From a virus (lineage: Duplodnaviria; Caudoviricetes): a DNA stretch of 64,000 nt. The position numbers and the translations under genes are program-made. The DNA lies in the IMG/VR virus record IMGVR_UViG_3300028591_000158, positions 21,044 to 85,043 of that record. One strand, given 5' to 3'. This document shows positions 30,825 through 40,802 of the stretch, piece after piece; the first letter of the stretch is position 1, and each line of letters begins with the position of its first letter. The notes under the pieces are model-generated. The model worked only from the letters and a program-made list of their open reading frames with translations. It was not told the origin of the DNA and did not search any database.

Positions 30825-32576
30825 ATGCAAAGTCTTTTCGGAGATGAATTTAATATTGATTTTAATAAACCAAAAGCTAAAGAATTAGCTAGTAAAGCAA
30901 GAGTAACAGCTGGCTCTGAAGAATACGACCCAATGAAAATTCTTAAAAGTAAAAAAGTTTCATTGGAAGACCAACTCTTAGTAATTAAAGAACAAGTCAT
31001 TAGGGTCTTAGGAAAACAACGTAAAAATATTGTTGTTATCAGAAGTCTTAATGACTTTTCTGACTATATAACAGCTTGTATAGAGTCTGGCTATATTTCA
31101 GTAGATACTGAAACTAATAACTCACTTGATCCAGTTACTTGTAAACTAATGGGTCTCTGTCTATATTATCCTGGTGGTAAGCAAGCCTATATTCCAGTAA
31201 ATCATAAAGATCCAAAAACAAAAGAAAAGTTATCAAATCAAATAACTGAAAAACAAATAAAAGAGCAATTACAAAGAGTAAAAGATGCAAAAACATTTGT
31301 AGTAATGCATAATGCTAAGTTTGATTTTAGTGTTATAAAGTGTACTTGTAATATTGAATTATTAGCAGATTGGGATACTTCTATTGCAGCTGCTTTAATT
31401 GATGAGAATGAAGAAAAAGGATTAAAAAAGCAATATATATTACATATTGATCCTTCACAACAAAAGTATAGTATTGAAGGATTATTTGCTCATATTCCTT
31501 ATGCTTATGTTGATCCAGAAATATTTGCATTATATGCTGCAACAGACTCATTAATGACTTTTAGATTATTTAAAGAATATCAAGAACCTATTTTATTAGC
31601 TGAGGATAATAAGAAAGTTAAATGGGTATTTGATAATATTGAAATGCCATTAGTTGAAGTTACAGCTAAAATGGAATTAAAAGGTGTATGTGTTGATCAA
31701 GCATTAGGAAAAAGACTTGAAGATAAATATAATGCTAAACTTGCAATTGTGGATAAAAATATTGCAGAAGAGCTAGATAAATTACAAGATAGAATAGTTA
31801 AGTGGAAGTTAACTAAAGATGCCAATGACGTTACTAAGAGATATGTACCTAAGAAATCAAAATTATCAAAAGAAGCTTTAGAGAAAAGATATCCATTAGT
31901 TGATAATGATGGTAAGCGTTATGCAGTTGGAAAGTCTAAGGCATCACAATTAACTGACCCAATTAATCTAGCTTCACCAGTACAAATGGCTATCTTATTT
32001 TACGATATTTTAAAAGCTCCTATAGTTAATAAAAAATCACCTAGAGGAACAGGTGAAGAAGAAATTAAGGCAATTGATGAAAAAATGAATATTCCATTAT
32101 GCAAGCTATTATTAAAACGTAGAGGATTAGTTAAAATTTTAACTACTTATATCACAACAATACCAACTCTTGTTGAACATTGGCCTGATAAAAGAATTAG
32201 ATTCCATCTTGATCAAACAGGTACTGCGACAGGCAGATATTCATCTGGAGGAAAATTAAAGTTTATGGACGAGACTACAGATGAACCAATAGAAGTGTCG
32301 GGTATTAATATTCAAAATATTCCTTCACACGAAAAAAGTATAAGACAATTATTCATTGCTGACTGTAAATATGATACTGTTGAAGCTGAAAATAATGAAA
32401 TTTCAATTCCAGAATATACAGAAATTGAAACTGTAAATGGATATAAATATCCAATAGACTTAACTGATGCTGATATCATTGTTGGCGAAGATACAAATAC
32501 AAATTATAAAATAAATAAAATATTATTAGATAACAAAATATATTATATAAATTTAACTCCGTTTAACTCTAATTAA
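30825..32576 (+). CDS. polA: Family A DNA polymerase, N-terminal part (3'-5' exonuclease, thumb, start of palm)
   Basis: VDTETN, HNAKFD, YAATD, IEMPL..V...ME..G, TATGRYSS, NIQNIP...IRQLFIA. Ends in an unrelated ~63-aa tail. Confidence 0.92.
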   Translation: MQSLFGDEFNIDFNKPKAKELASKARVTAGSEEYDPMKILKSKKVSLEDQLLVIKEQVIRVLGKQRKNIVVIRSLNDFSDYITACIESGYISVDTETNNSLDPVTCKLMGLCLYYPGGKQAYIPVNHKDPKTKEKLSNQITEKQIKEQLQRVKDAKTFVVMHNAKFDFSVIKCTCNIELLADWDTSIAAALIDENEEKGLKKQYILHIDPSQQKYSIEGLFAHIPYAYVDPEIFALYAATDSLMTFRLFKEYQEPILLAEDNKKVKWVFDNIEMPLVEVTAKMELKGVCVDQALGKRLEDKYNAKLAIVDKNIAEELDKLQDRIVKWKLTKDANDVTKRYVPKKSKLSKEALEKRYPLVDNDGKRYAVGKSKASQLTDPINLASPVQMAILFYDILKAPIVNKKSPRGTGEEEIKAIDEKMNIPLCKLLLKRRGLVKILTTYITTIPTLVEHWPDKRIRFHLDQTGTATGRYSSGGKLKFMDETTDEPIEVSGINIQNIPSHEKSIRQLFIADCKYDTVEAENNEISIPEYTEIETVNGYKYPIDLTDADIIVGEDTNTNYKINKILLDNKIYYINLTPFNSN

Positions 32577-32671
32577 CTCTAATTAATAGCCTAATTAGCT
32601 TATAACTAGTTGATAATTAACTGTATAATATAAAAAGTCTATATGACAAGAAAGGACGGTGGTGCCACGCT

Positions 32672-33856
32672 ATGAGCAAAATAAAAACTAGAACAAGATA
32701 TAAAATTGTTGGTTCAGATTATTCTGCTCAGGAATAGCCTGAGCCACGATTAGCCGCATATATGTCTCAAGATCCAGAAATGAAAAAAGTTTATTTTGAA
32801 GGTAAAGATTTATATGCTAGAATTGCTCAGTCAGCATTTAACAATGATTATGCTGATAATCTAGAATTTTATCCAGAAGGAACTGAGCTTGAAATTGATG
32901 GTAAAAAAGTAATAGCTGGTAAAAAAACTCATAAAAATCCTGAGGGAAAAAGTCGACGTTCTGTTGGAAAAACATTACTTTTAGCAGCAAATTATGGCAT
33001 GGGACCTAAGACTGCTGGTGAAAAAATGGGTAAATCTGCTAAAGAAGGTGGTGAACTACTAGAGAGCTTTTTCAAAGGCTTTCCAGTTTTAAAACAAACT
33101 ATTGAAGAATCAAAAGTATTCTTAAAAAAGAATGGCTATGTTGAAGATGCATTTGGTAGACGTAGGCATATTCCAGAAATCAATGAAAAGCCGTATGATG
33201 CAAGGTATGCTGATGAGAAAAAAGTTGAAGAATTAACTTTTAATCCATTTTTAAATTGTAATAATAGAACTTTTACAGATGATAAATTAAATAAATATAT
33301 TACACTTGCAAAAAACACTAGAAATAATGAAGACTTTGATAAATTAGCTAGAGAGGCTGATCGAGATGGAATTATATTAACAGCTAACACTGGTAGAATA
33401 GCCCAAGCTGAAAGACAATGTTTTAATGCAAGAATTCAGGGTTCAGCAGCTTCACTTACTAAGCTAGCAATGGTTAATATATTTAATGATGCATTATTAA
33501 AAGAATATAAAGCTGACTTAATTATTTCAGTACATGATGAAGTATTAGTTGAGTGCCCAGATTATTATGCTGACAAAGTTGAAGAACGTTTGCCAAAAAT
33601 TATGATTGATACAGCTAAGCCATATATTGATATTCCGATGAGTTGTGACCCTTATAATGTTACCCGTTGGTATAGTGATGAAATGGCTGCACAGCTAAGA
33701 GAAGAACTAGATAAAATGGAAAAAGGTGATCCAGATAAAAATATACCACCAATTGCACATGATATTGCAGTTCAAAATATTTATAAAGATCATTGTGAAA
33801 TTCCAAAAGAAGCTATAGACAAATGTTTAGCAAGTAATGATGATTTAGAGTTTTAA
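32672..33856 (+). CDS. polA: Family A DNA polymerase, C-terminal part, with in-frame TAG at 32735-32737 inside motif A
   Basis: MSKIKTRTRYKIVGSDYSAQE*PEPRLAAYMSQD, motif B RSVGKTLLLAANYGM, NARIQGSAA, motif C VHDE. Confidence 0.88.
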
Positions 33857-33870
33857 AGGAGATATAAGAT

Positions 33871-34998
33871 ATGATATTAAATACAAAATTATTTAAAGAA
33901 GCCGCAGATACTATATTATTAGCTATTGGCGTTGACAAAACAGTGACAAATCTAGAATTAGCTGCTGGTAATGGAGCCTTATTTTTAAATGTAACTAATT
34001 CTGAATATTATGTATCAATTAAACAAACTATTGAAAATCAAGATACTTTTAAGGCAGTCGTAGATGCTACTACATTTTTAAGCTTAATTTCTAGTATTAG
34101 CACTGATGAGTTTGAATTAACAATTGTTGATAACAAAATAGTCATTAAATCTGGTAAAAGCAAATATTCAATTCCATTAATATATAAAAATGATAAATTA
34201 CTGGAAGTGCCAGTAATTAGAGTTGATGAAGCAGCAGTAGAAATGCAAATTCCACTAGCTATTTTACAAAGTATTTTAAATATTAATGGCAAAGAAATTG
34301 CAAAAATTAAAAAATTAGACACCGATGAATTACAACGTTTATACTTTGTAGATGAAACAGGTTGCTTTACTTTTAACTCTGGTGCTTGTATTAATTCATT
34401 TACATTAGCTAAACCTGTAAAAATGTTATTAAATGATAGAATAGTTAAATTATTTAAATTATTTGATGCTGATGTAGAATTTAAGCTTGGTTATGAAACA
34501 ACTCAAGCCGATAGAAAGTTAACTAAAATTGCTATGACTGCTAATAATGTTTATATGGCAGCTATTATTCCAAGTGATGATATTTTATTAAATAGAATGG
34601 CACAACCTTATGAAACAGCTAAGAAATTTTTAACATTAGATTATAAGTATAATGTAGAAATATCAACTACTGATCTAGAAACAGTAATTAATAGAATAGC
34701 TCAATTTACAAAAAATAGTGTTGAAAAAGCTAACATGTCCTGGATTAATATTTTAGTTACTATTAAAGATAATGAAGTGACTATTAAAGATACTTTTAAT
34801 AATATAGAAGTATTTAATACAATTAATAATACAGCTACTAGTGAATCTTATGAATTTCCAGTTAACCTTCCTGATTTAAAAGCTGTTGTTGATTCATGTA
34901 AAAATGAAAAGTTAAGTCTTTTCTTTGGAAATTATAAAAATATTTTAATTACAAGAGATAATATCTTTAATATTATACCAGAAAGAAGAATACGTTAA
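33871..34998 (+). CDS. dnaN: DNA polymerase III beta-like sliding clamp
   Basis: 375 aa, clamp-like length and pattern (LELAAGNGALFLNVTNSE, FL.LISSI, IKSGKSKY.I, AIIP). Confidence 0.75.
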   Translation: MILNTKLFKEAADTILLAIGVDKTVTNLELAAGNGALFLNVTNSEYYVSIKQTIENQDTFKAVVDATTFLSLISSISTDEFELTIVDNKIVIKSGKSKYSIPLIYKNDKLLEVPVIRVDEAAVEMQIPLAILQSILNINGKEIAKIKKLDTDELQRLYFVDETGCFTFNSGACINSFTLAKPVKMLLNDRIVKLFKLFDADVEFKLGYETTQADRKLTKIAMTANNVYMAAIIPSDDILLNRMAQPYETAKKFLTLDYKYNVEISTTDLETVINRIAQFTKNSVEKANMSWINILVTIKDNEVTIKDTFNNIEVFNTINNTATSESYEFPVNLPDLKAVVDSCKNEKLSLFFGNYKNILITRDNIFNIIPERRIR

Positions 34999-35483
34999 TG
35001 GCAACTAATCGTGGAAAACAATTCGAGGCACATTTTAAGGCCGATTGACAAAAATCTTTTCCACACACATGGATTTATCGTTTGCCCGATCAAGTAAGTC
35101 GCTTTAAGGGCACTTCAAAAAATCCATGTGATTTTTTAGCTTACAATAATAGTATTCTTTGAATGTTAGAATGCAAAGAAACAAAAGAAGGAACATTAAA
35201 TTTTTCAAAGATAGGTCAGTTTGATCTATTAAAAGCAAATTTAGGTTATGATGGTGTTAAACCTTATCTTATTATTTGGTTTGAGAGTTTTGATAAGATT
35301 TTTGCAGTTCCATTTCAAGAAGTTGTTAGAATGAAAGATGATGAGCTAAAGTCAGTCAGTCTTAAAAATTTAGAAAAAAAATTGTATAAAAATATTGAAA
35401 TACCATCAGTTAAAAAAAGAGTATTTTTAGAAAGTGACTACTCTGTATTAATTGAGTTTGAAAACTCATTAACTGAAATTTAG
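34998..35483 (+). CDS. recU: RecU-like Holliday junction resolvase
   Basis: NRGKQFE, PCDF, LECKET, Q...L. TGA read as Trp. Confidence 0.8.
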
Positions 35484-35495
35484 GAGGTTAATATT

Positions 35496-36032
35496 ATGGC
35501 AAGTGATAAGTTAAATAATGCGCTTGAAAAGGTTGGAATGTGTTATGGCGATTTAGTTAAAATTGCTAATGACATGTTAAATGATGTTGTATCACCAGCC
35601 AAAGCATTAATAAGAGAACAATTAGATAAAAATATTAATAGTTTATCTATTGATGCACTACGTGACTATATGTGACAACTACAGGTGCAATCATTTAGTT
35701 TAAGTGAAATTAAAGAAAAAGCTGTATTTAAAGCAGATTTGGCAGATGCTTTGCAAAAAGAAGCTTATGCAATTAAGTTTAATGAAATTGATGGCTCTGC
35801 TGCAGTAAAAGAAAAGCAAGCAGTTGTAGCAGTTTCAGAGGAAATCTTAACTGAAATACTATATAGCTTATGTGCTAATTTACTAAAGACTACATTAGAT
35901 GAAATTCATAGAGCTATTGATGCTCTTAAGTCTATTTTAATGTCTCGTATGCAAGAAACTAAGTTTATGCAAGTAGGACAGACTTCAGAAATTCCTGGCA
36001 CAACTAATGGTAGAATAATTTTAAATGAATAA
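35496..36032 (+). CDS. Hypothetical helical protein
   Basis: RBS AGGAGGT. One internal TGA. Confidence 0.7.
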
Positions 36033-36043
36033 GGAGATACTAG

Positions 36044-36112
36044 ATGGCAAGTATTTTAGAAATTGCTAAAAGACTTGGTATTCTAATTAATAGATATCGC
36101 AAAAAAGTTTAA
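36044..36112 (+). pseudogene. Vestigial RecA-like N-terminus (MASILEIAKRLG...)
   Basis: RBS AAGGAG. The first 11 aa resemble MATLAEIVKKI of the intact recA at 36970. Confidence 0.5.
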
Positions 36113-36150
36113 TAAACATTGACTAAATTAAATATAAGTAGGAGATGATT

Positions 36151-36954
36151 ATGAAACAATATTGCGTATATATCCACAAAAATAAAATAAATAATAAGAT
36201 CTATGTTGGAATAACTTGTCAAAAACCAATATATAGATGAAAAAATGGTAGTGGTTACCCAAAAAGCACACAGCCAAAAATGTATAATGCTATTAAGAAA
36301 TATGGTTGAGATAACTTCGAGCATATTATAGTAGCAGAATCATTAACTTATGAAGAAGCTAATAAGCTTGAACAAGAGTTAATACTTAAATATGATTCAT
36401 TTGTAAATGGCTATAATATGTCATTAGGCGGTGATGGAAATAAAGGACATATTGTTTCTGAAGAGTTACGTCAACAAATGAAATCTACTCACCGTGTGCC
36501 ACATCCAGGCGCACAAGGAAAAACATTTTCAGAAGAGCATAAAAAGCATTTAAGTGAAGCAAGACGTGGTAAAAAATTTGGGCCAAGATCAGCTGAAACA
36601 AAAGATAAAATAAGTAAAGCTTTATCTGGAAAAATAGTTTCTAATGAGACTCGTCAAAAAATAAGTCAAGCAAGCAAAGGACGCCAATCATGAAATAAAG
36701 GATTAACTGGCATTCCAGGCCATTTACAATCCGCAGAAACAAGAAGAAAAATTGCAGAACAAAATGGTTATGCTGTTGGAGCTTATAATTTAGAAACAGA
36801 TACATTACAGTTAACATTTGTTTCAATTACAAGTGCAATAAACTATTTAAGAAAAGAAACTCAATATAAAACTGCTAATAGAAATACACTTGTTAATTGT
36901 ATTAAATTAAAAAAGCTATATTGTGGATTTATATGAAAAATAATTAAAAATTAA
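36151..36954 (+). mobile_element. Free-standing GIY-YIG homing endonuclease with NUMOD3/NUMOD1-type repeats
   Basis: VYIH...IYVGIT...RW, KYGWDNF, GYNMSLGG, repeated SEEHKK.LS / SAETK.KIS. Several TGA read as Trp. Confidence 0.88.
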
Positions 36955-36969
36955 AGGAGATTAAAATTT

Positions 36970-38136
36970 ATGGCAACATTAGCCGAAATTGTTAAAAAAA
37001 TAAATCACGAATATAAGGATGATAATCTAGCAATTATTAGTAATATCAAGCCTAATTATAAAAGATTAGCAACCAATGCATTTGGTTTAGATTATATTTT
37101 AGGTGGTGGTCCTGCATTAGGTAGAATTGTAGAATTATCTGGAGTTGAGCATTCAGGTAAAACAACTGCAGCTTGTGTAATCTTAGCTGCCTACCAACGT
37201 GCATTCCCAGATCAACTCTGTGCATATTTTGATATTGAGCACTCACTAGATTTAAAGTTTCAAGCAAAAATGACTGGGCTTGATTTATCTAAATTAGTTT
37301 ATGTTTCTCCAAATGGTTTATCAGGAGAACAAATTTGTGACATGATTGTTGAATATCAAAAAGCAGATGATATTGGCTGTATTGTGTTAGATTCACTTCC
37401 TGCAATGCTTCCTTCTGCTGTTTTAGATAATGATTTAACTAAAGATCAAGGCCTAAGGGGTTCCATGGCCAAAACATTCCATAAGTTCTTTCCAGAAATG
37501 AATGATCTAGTTGCAAGAAAAGAGAATTTATTTATTGCAATTAATCAAGTTCGTGATGCTGGTAAGACATTTACTGGTATTCAATTATATAAAGAAACTG
37601 GTGGTTCGGCACCTAGTTATTATGCTTCATATATTTTAAGATTTGGTAAGCGTAAATTTACATTAGGTGATGATATGGATGCTTGTGGTGCAAAGAATGG
37701 TGAAGGTGCAGATGGCTTCCGTCTTAGCTTTAAAGTATTAAAGAATAAATGTGGATCTTGTGCTCGTGGTGGTGGTTATATGACATTTAGATACGAGACT
37801 GGATTTGACTGGATTAATGACTTACTTGAAATAGCGCTTGGCTTTGGATTTATTCATCGTATTAATAATGTAACATATGAATTAATTGATTTAAATACTG
37901 GCGAAGTATATACTGATGAAGATGGTGAATTATTAAGAGGAAAGAAGAATGATTTAATAGAATATATTAAAACAAATATTCAATTCCAAACAAAATATTT
38001 AGCTATGTTGAATGATTATATTTCACAGGATGATTCAAAATCTTATGGTCAATTATTAGATGAACGTGTAAATGCTGAAATTGATGAGCAACAAGTTGCA
38101 ATCGATCATCAATTTGATGCAGGAAATCAAGAATAA
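36970..38136 (+). CDS. recA: RecA/UvsX recombinase
   Basis: GRIVELSGVEHSGKTT, FDIEHSLD, VLDSL, INQVR, GG.A..YYAS, KNK. Confidence 0.95.
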   Translation: MATLAEIVKKINHEYKDDNLAIISNIKPNYKRLATNAFGLDYILGGGPALGRIVELSGVEHSGKTTAACVILAAYQRAFPDQLCAYFDIEHSLDLKFQAKMTGLDLSKLVYVSPNGLSGEQICDMIVEYQKADDIGCIVLDSLPAMLPSAVLDNDLTKDQGLRGSMAKTFHKFFPEMNDLVARKENLFIAINQVRDAGKTFTGIQLYKETGGSAPSYYASYILRFGKRKFTLGDDMDACGAKNGEGADGFRLSFKVLKNKCGSCARGGGYMTFRYETGFDWINDLLEIALGFGFIHRINNVTYELIDLNTGEVYTDEDGELLRGKKNDLIEYIKTNIQFQTKYLAMLNDYISQDDSKSYGQLLDERVNAEIDEQQVAIDHQFDAGNQE

Positions 38137-38150
38137 GAGGCAGTATATAA

Positions 38151-38525
38151 ATGGCTTTTGGTACTAAGATTAGAGAAAAAGAGGGAGAAAAAATTCCTAC
38201 AAGATTTAGAAGTAAACGTCAAGAAGAGCAAGTAGCAAAAGCTGTTGGTGGCCAAAGACAACCTAACTCTGGAGCTACACCATGAGCACCTGGAGATGTG
38301 AAAACTGATAAGCTACTTGTCGAATGCAAAACTAAAATGACACCGAGTGAGTCTATCTCTGTTAAAAAAGAGTGATTAATTAAAAATAGAGAAGAAGCAG
38401 TTTTTATGGGTAAGCCATATAGTGTAGTTGCATTTAATTTTGGCCCTGATGAAGAAAACTACTACATTCTTGATGAAAGTTTATTTTTAGATTTTTTAGA
38501 ATATTTAAACAATAAAGAGCTTTAA
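38151..38525 (+). CDS. PD-(D/E)xK Holliday-junction-resolvase-like nuclease
   Basis: Absent from track because of TGA. SKRQEEQVAK, NSGATPWAPGDV, VECKT, KKEWLIKIREEA. Confidence 0.8.
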
Positions 38526-38540
38526 TTAGCTCTTTTTTAT
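38514..38540 (+). terminator. Rho-independent terminator
   Basis: AAAGAGCT/AGCTCTTT plus T-tract. Confidence 0.65.
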
Positions 38541-38572
38541 TGTATATTATTTTGTAATAGAGGTTTAATATT

Positions 38573-38935
38573 ATGTTAAAATCAATACAAGACCAATTAA
38601 ATAAGACTCAATATACAGATTTAAGTAATTTTGATGAAAAAACAAATACTTTTATAATACCAAAATATACTAAGCCTGTGTATGAAACTAAAAAATGTTA
38701 TTTAGTACAATTAAATAGTAGTATTTTAAATAATCCAAATTCATATGTAGCTGCTAATATGAATAATGGGCGTTTTCCAACAGATGAGTATTTAAAAATA
38801 TATGTAAATAATGTTAGTGGAAAATTTATATATGTAAATGGACTTGTGTATGATATTATAAATAAAAAAGACTTATTAAAAATGTGATCCGGCTGATTAC
38901 CAATTGATGAAATTACAATGATATCTAAAATGTAG
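38573..38935 (+). CDS. Hypothetical protein
   Basis: Reads through WSGW (two TGA) to TAG 38933-38935. Confidence 0.7.
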
Positions 38936-38948
38936 GAGTGTGATTTAA

Positions 38949-39992
38949 GTGAATGAATCTTTAGCTGTAAAATATAGACCAAAAGATTTTTCATCAGTAG
39001 TTGAACAAAATATTAGTGTTCAAATATTAAATAAAGTTATTGAAACAGGACAATTTAAAAATGCTTATTTATTCTGCGGTCCATCTGGAGTTGGAAAAAC
39101 AAGTATAGCTAGGCTGTTTGCTAATGCTATTAATAAGGGCGCTGGAGCTCCAATTGAAATAGATGCAGCTTCTAATAATTCTGTTGATCAAGTACGTGAG
39201 ATTATTGCATCTTCAACTACAAGAGATTTATTTGCAGAATATAAAATTTATATTATTGATGAATGTCATGCAATTACAACACAAGGTTGGCAAGCATTTT
39301 TAAAAGGTCTTGAGGAACCACCAGCATATACTATTTATATTTTCTGTACTACTGAACCAAATAAAATTCCTGCTACAGTACAAAATAGATTACAAAGATT
39401 TAATCTTTCAAAAATATCTGATCAAGGAATAGAAGAAAGATTAAAGTATATTTGTGCTAATGAGGGCTTTACTAACTATGATCAAGCTTGTAATTTTATT
39501 AGTAAATTAGCACACGGTGGAATGAGAGATGCAATTTGCTACCTTGAACAATGTTCAGATTATTCAAAAGATTTATCTATAGAAAATGTAAAGGCTGTTC
39601 TTGGTGATATTTCTTATGAGTTAGATGCTAAGTTTACTAATTATTTATTAGACAAAAATAAAACGGCAGTATTAGCAATTTTAGAACAATTATTTGCAGA
39701 TGGTAGAGATCTTAAAAATTTTATTGATATATATTTAGATTTTATTCTTGATTTAATTAAATATAAATTATTTAACAGTATAGAATTAACTGGAATTCCT
39801 AAATATTTAAGCGAAATAAATGATGATAAGATTAATGTAAATAAGTTAATTTCAAGAAATAATATTAATTATTATTTAGATAAAATAGTAGAAACTTTAA
39901 TTGAGCTAAAATCTAATTTAAGATATGAAGCTGCTTTTAAAGCTATAATTGAAGCATATTTTATTAAAATTATAAATGAATTAGGTGATTAA
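38949..39992 (+). CDS. dnaX: Clamp loader gamma/tau-like subunit
   Basis: LAVKYRPKDF, AYLFCGPSGVGKT, EIDAASN, IIDECH, LEEPP, TTEP.KIP.TV..R, GGMRDA. Confidence 0.93.
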   Translation: MNESLAVKYRPKDFSSVVEQNISVQILNKVIETGQFKNAYLFCGPSGVGKTSIARLFANAINKGAGAPIEIDAASNNSVDQVREIIASSTTRDLFAEYKIYIIDECHAITTQGWQAFLKGLEEPPAYTIYIFCTTEPNKIPATVQNRLQRFNLSKISDQGIEERLKYICANEGFTNYDQACNFISKLAHGGMRDAICYLEQCSDYSKDLSIENVKAVLGDISYELDAKFTNYLLDKNKTAVLAILEQLFADGRDLKNFIDIYLDFILDLIKYKLFNSIELTGIPKYLSEINDDKINVNKLISRNNINYYLDKIVETLIELKSNLRYEAAFKAIIEAYFIKIINELGD

Positions 39993-39995
39993 TAA

Positions 39996-40802
39996 ATGAT
40001 TGGGCAAGAGAAGCTATTAAATATTATAACTAAATATACATTGGCAACTATGCCCAAGACAATATTATTCTTAGGACAAAAGGGCTGTGGAAAACATACT
40101 ATGTCTAAGCTACTAGCTACTCAACTTAACTTGCCAATAGAAGAGCTAAATGCAGATACTACTGCTGCTCAATTAATTGACTTTCAGTTAAGAACTATAC
40201 CATATTTATATTTAATTGATTTAAGTGTTATTACTGAAAAGCAACAAAATCAATTTTTAAAGTTTATTGAAGAACCAAGCTCAAATGTTTATATTATATT
40301 AATGGCAGAAACTGAATTTTCAGTCTTAAATACTATTTTAAGTAGATGTGTTAAATTTAAATTTGAAGAATATACAAATGAACAATTAGCACAGTTAAAT
40401 ATTGATTTTGGAGAAGACTCAAATTTAGCTTTTGAAATCTGTAAAACTCCAGGCCAATTATTATCGACTGATATAACAAAAATAAAAGCTATGCAATCAT
40501 TATGCAATTCAATATTTGATAATATACTAAGAGCTAACTATGCTAATTTAATGTCACTAATAACTAAATTTAATTATAAAGAAGATTATAATAAGTTTGA
40601 TCCAAAATTATTTTTAAATTTATTTTCTACATTAGCATATAAAAGATACATTGAGTCTAATTGTTCAAATATTTATTTAAATGTTGGAAATTATGCAACA
40701 AGATATACACAACAAATTAATGGCATATCACAAAGTTTTGCTGAAAATATTATGATAAATTTCTTATCTGGCCTACAACAAACATTTAAGGAAGTGAATT
40801 AA
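39996..40802 (+). CDS. holB: Clamp loader delta-prime-like subunit
   Basis: MIGQ, LFLGQKGCGK, QN.FLKFIEEP, TILSRC, TPG. Confidence 0.8.
   Translation: MIGQEKLLNIITKYTLATMPKTILFLGQKGCGKHTMSKLLATQLNLPIEELNADTTAAQLIDFQLRTIPYLYLIDLSVITEKQQNQFLKFIEEPSSNVYIILMAETEFSVLNTILSRCVKFKFEEYTNEQLAQLNIDFGEDSNLAFEICKTPGQLLSTDITKIKAMQSLCNSIFDNILRANYANLMSLITKFNYKEDYNKFDPKLFLNLFSTLAYKRYIESNCSNIYLNVGNYATRYTQQINGISQSFAENIMINFLSGLQQTFKEVN

Noticed and set aside
32340-32720. Functional split intein in the polymerase
   Set aside because: No C-terminal His-Asn/Cys+1 and no correctly placed N-terminal nucleophile. At most a relic.
32735-32737. Genome-wide TAG reassignment (code 15 type) as the explanation for the polymerase TAG
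   Set aside because: TAG ends many genes right before the next start (2686, 7088, 10480, 19234). Simple readthrough would also add three residues inside motif A.
36044-36969. Group I intron around the GIY-YIG gene (and around the HNH gene at 52934)
   Set aside because: No room or recognisable P/Q/R/S core elements. Flanking genes have their own starts and stops, so both appear free-standing.
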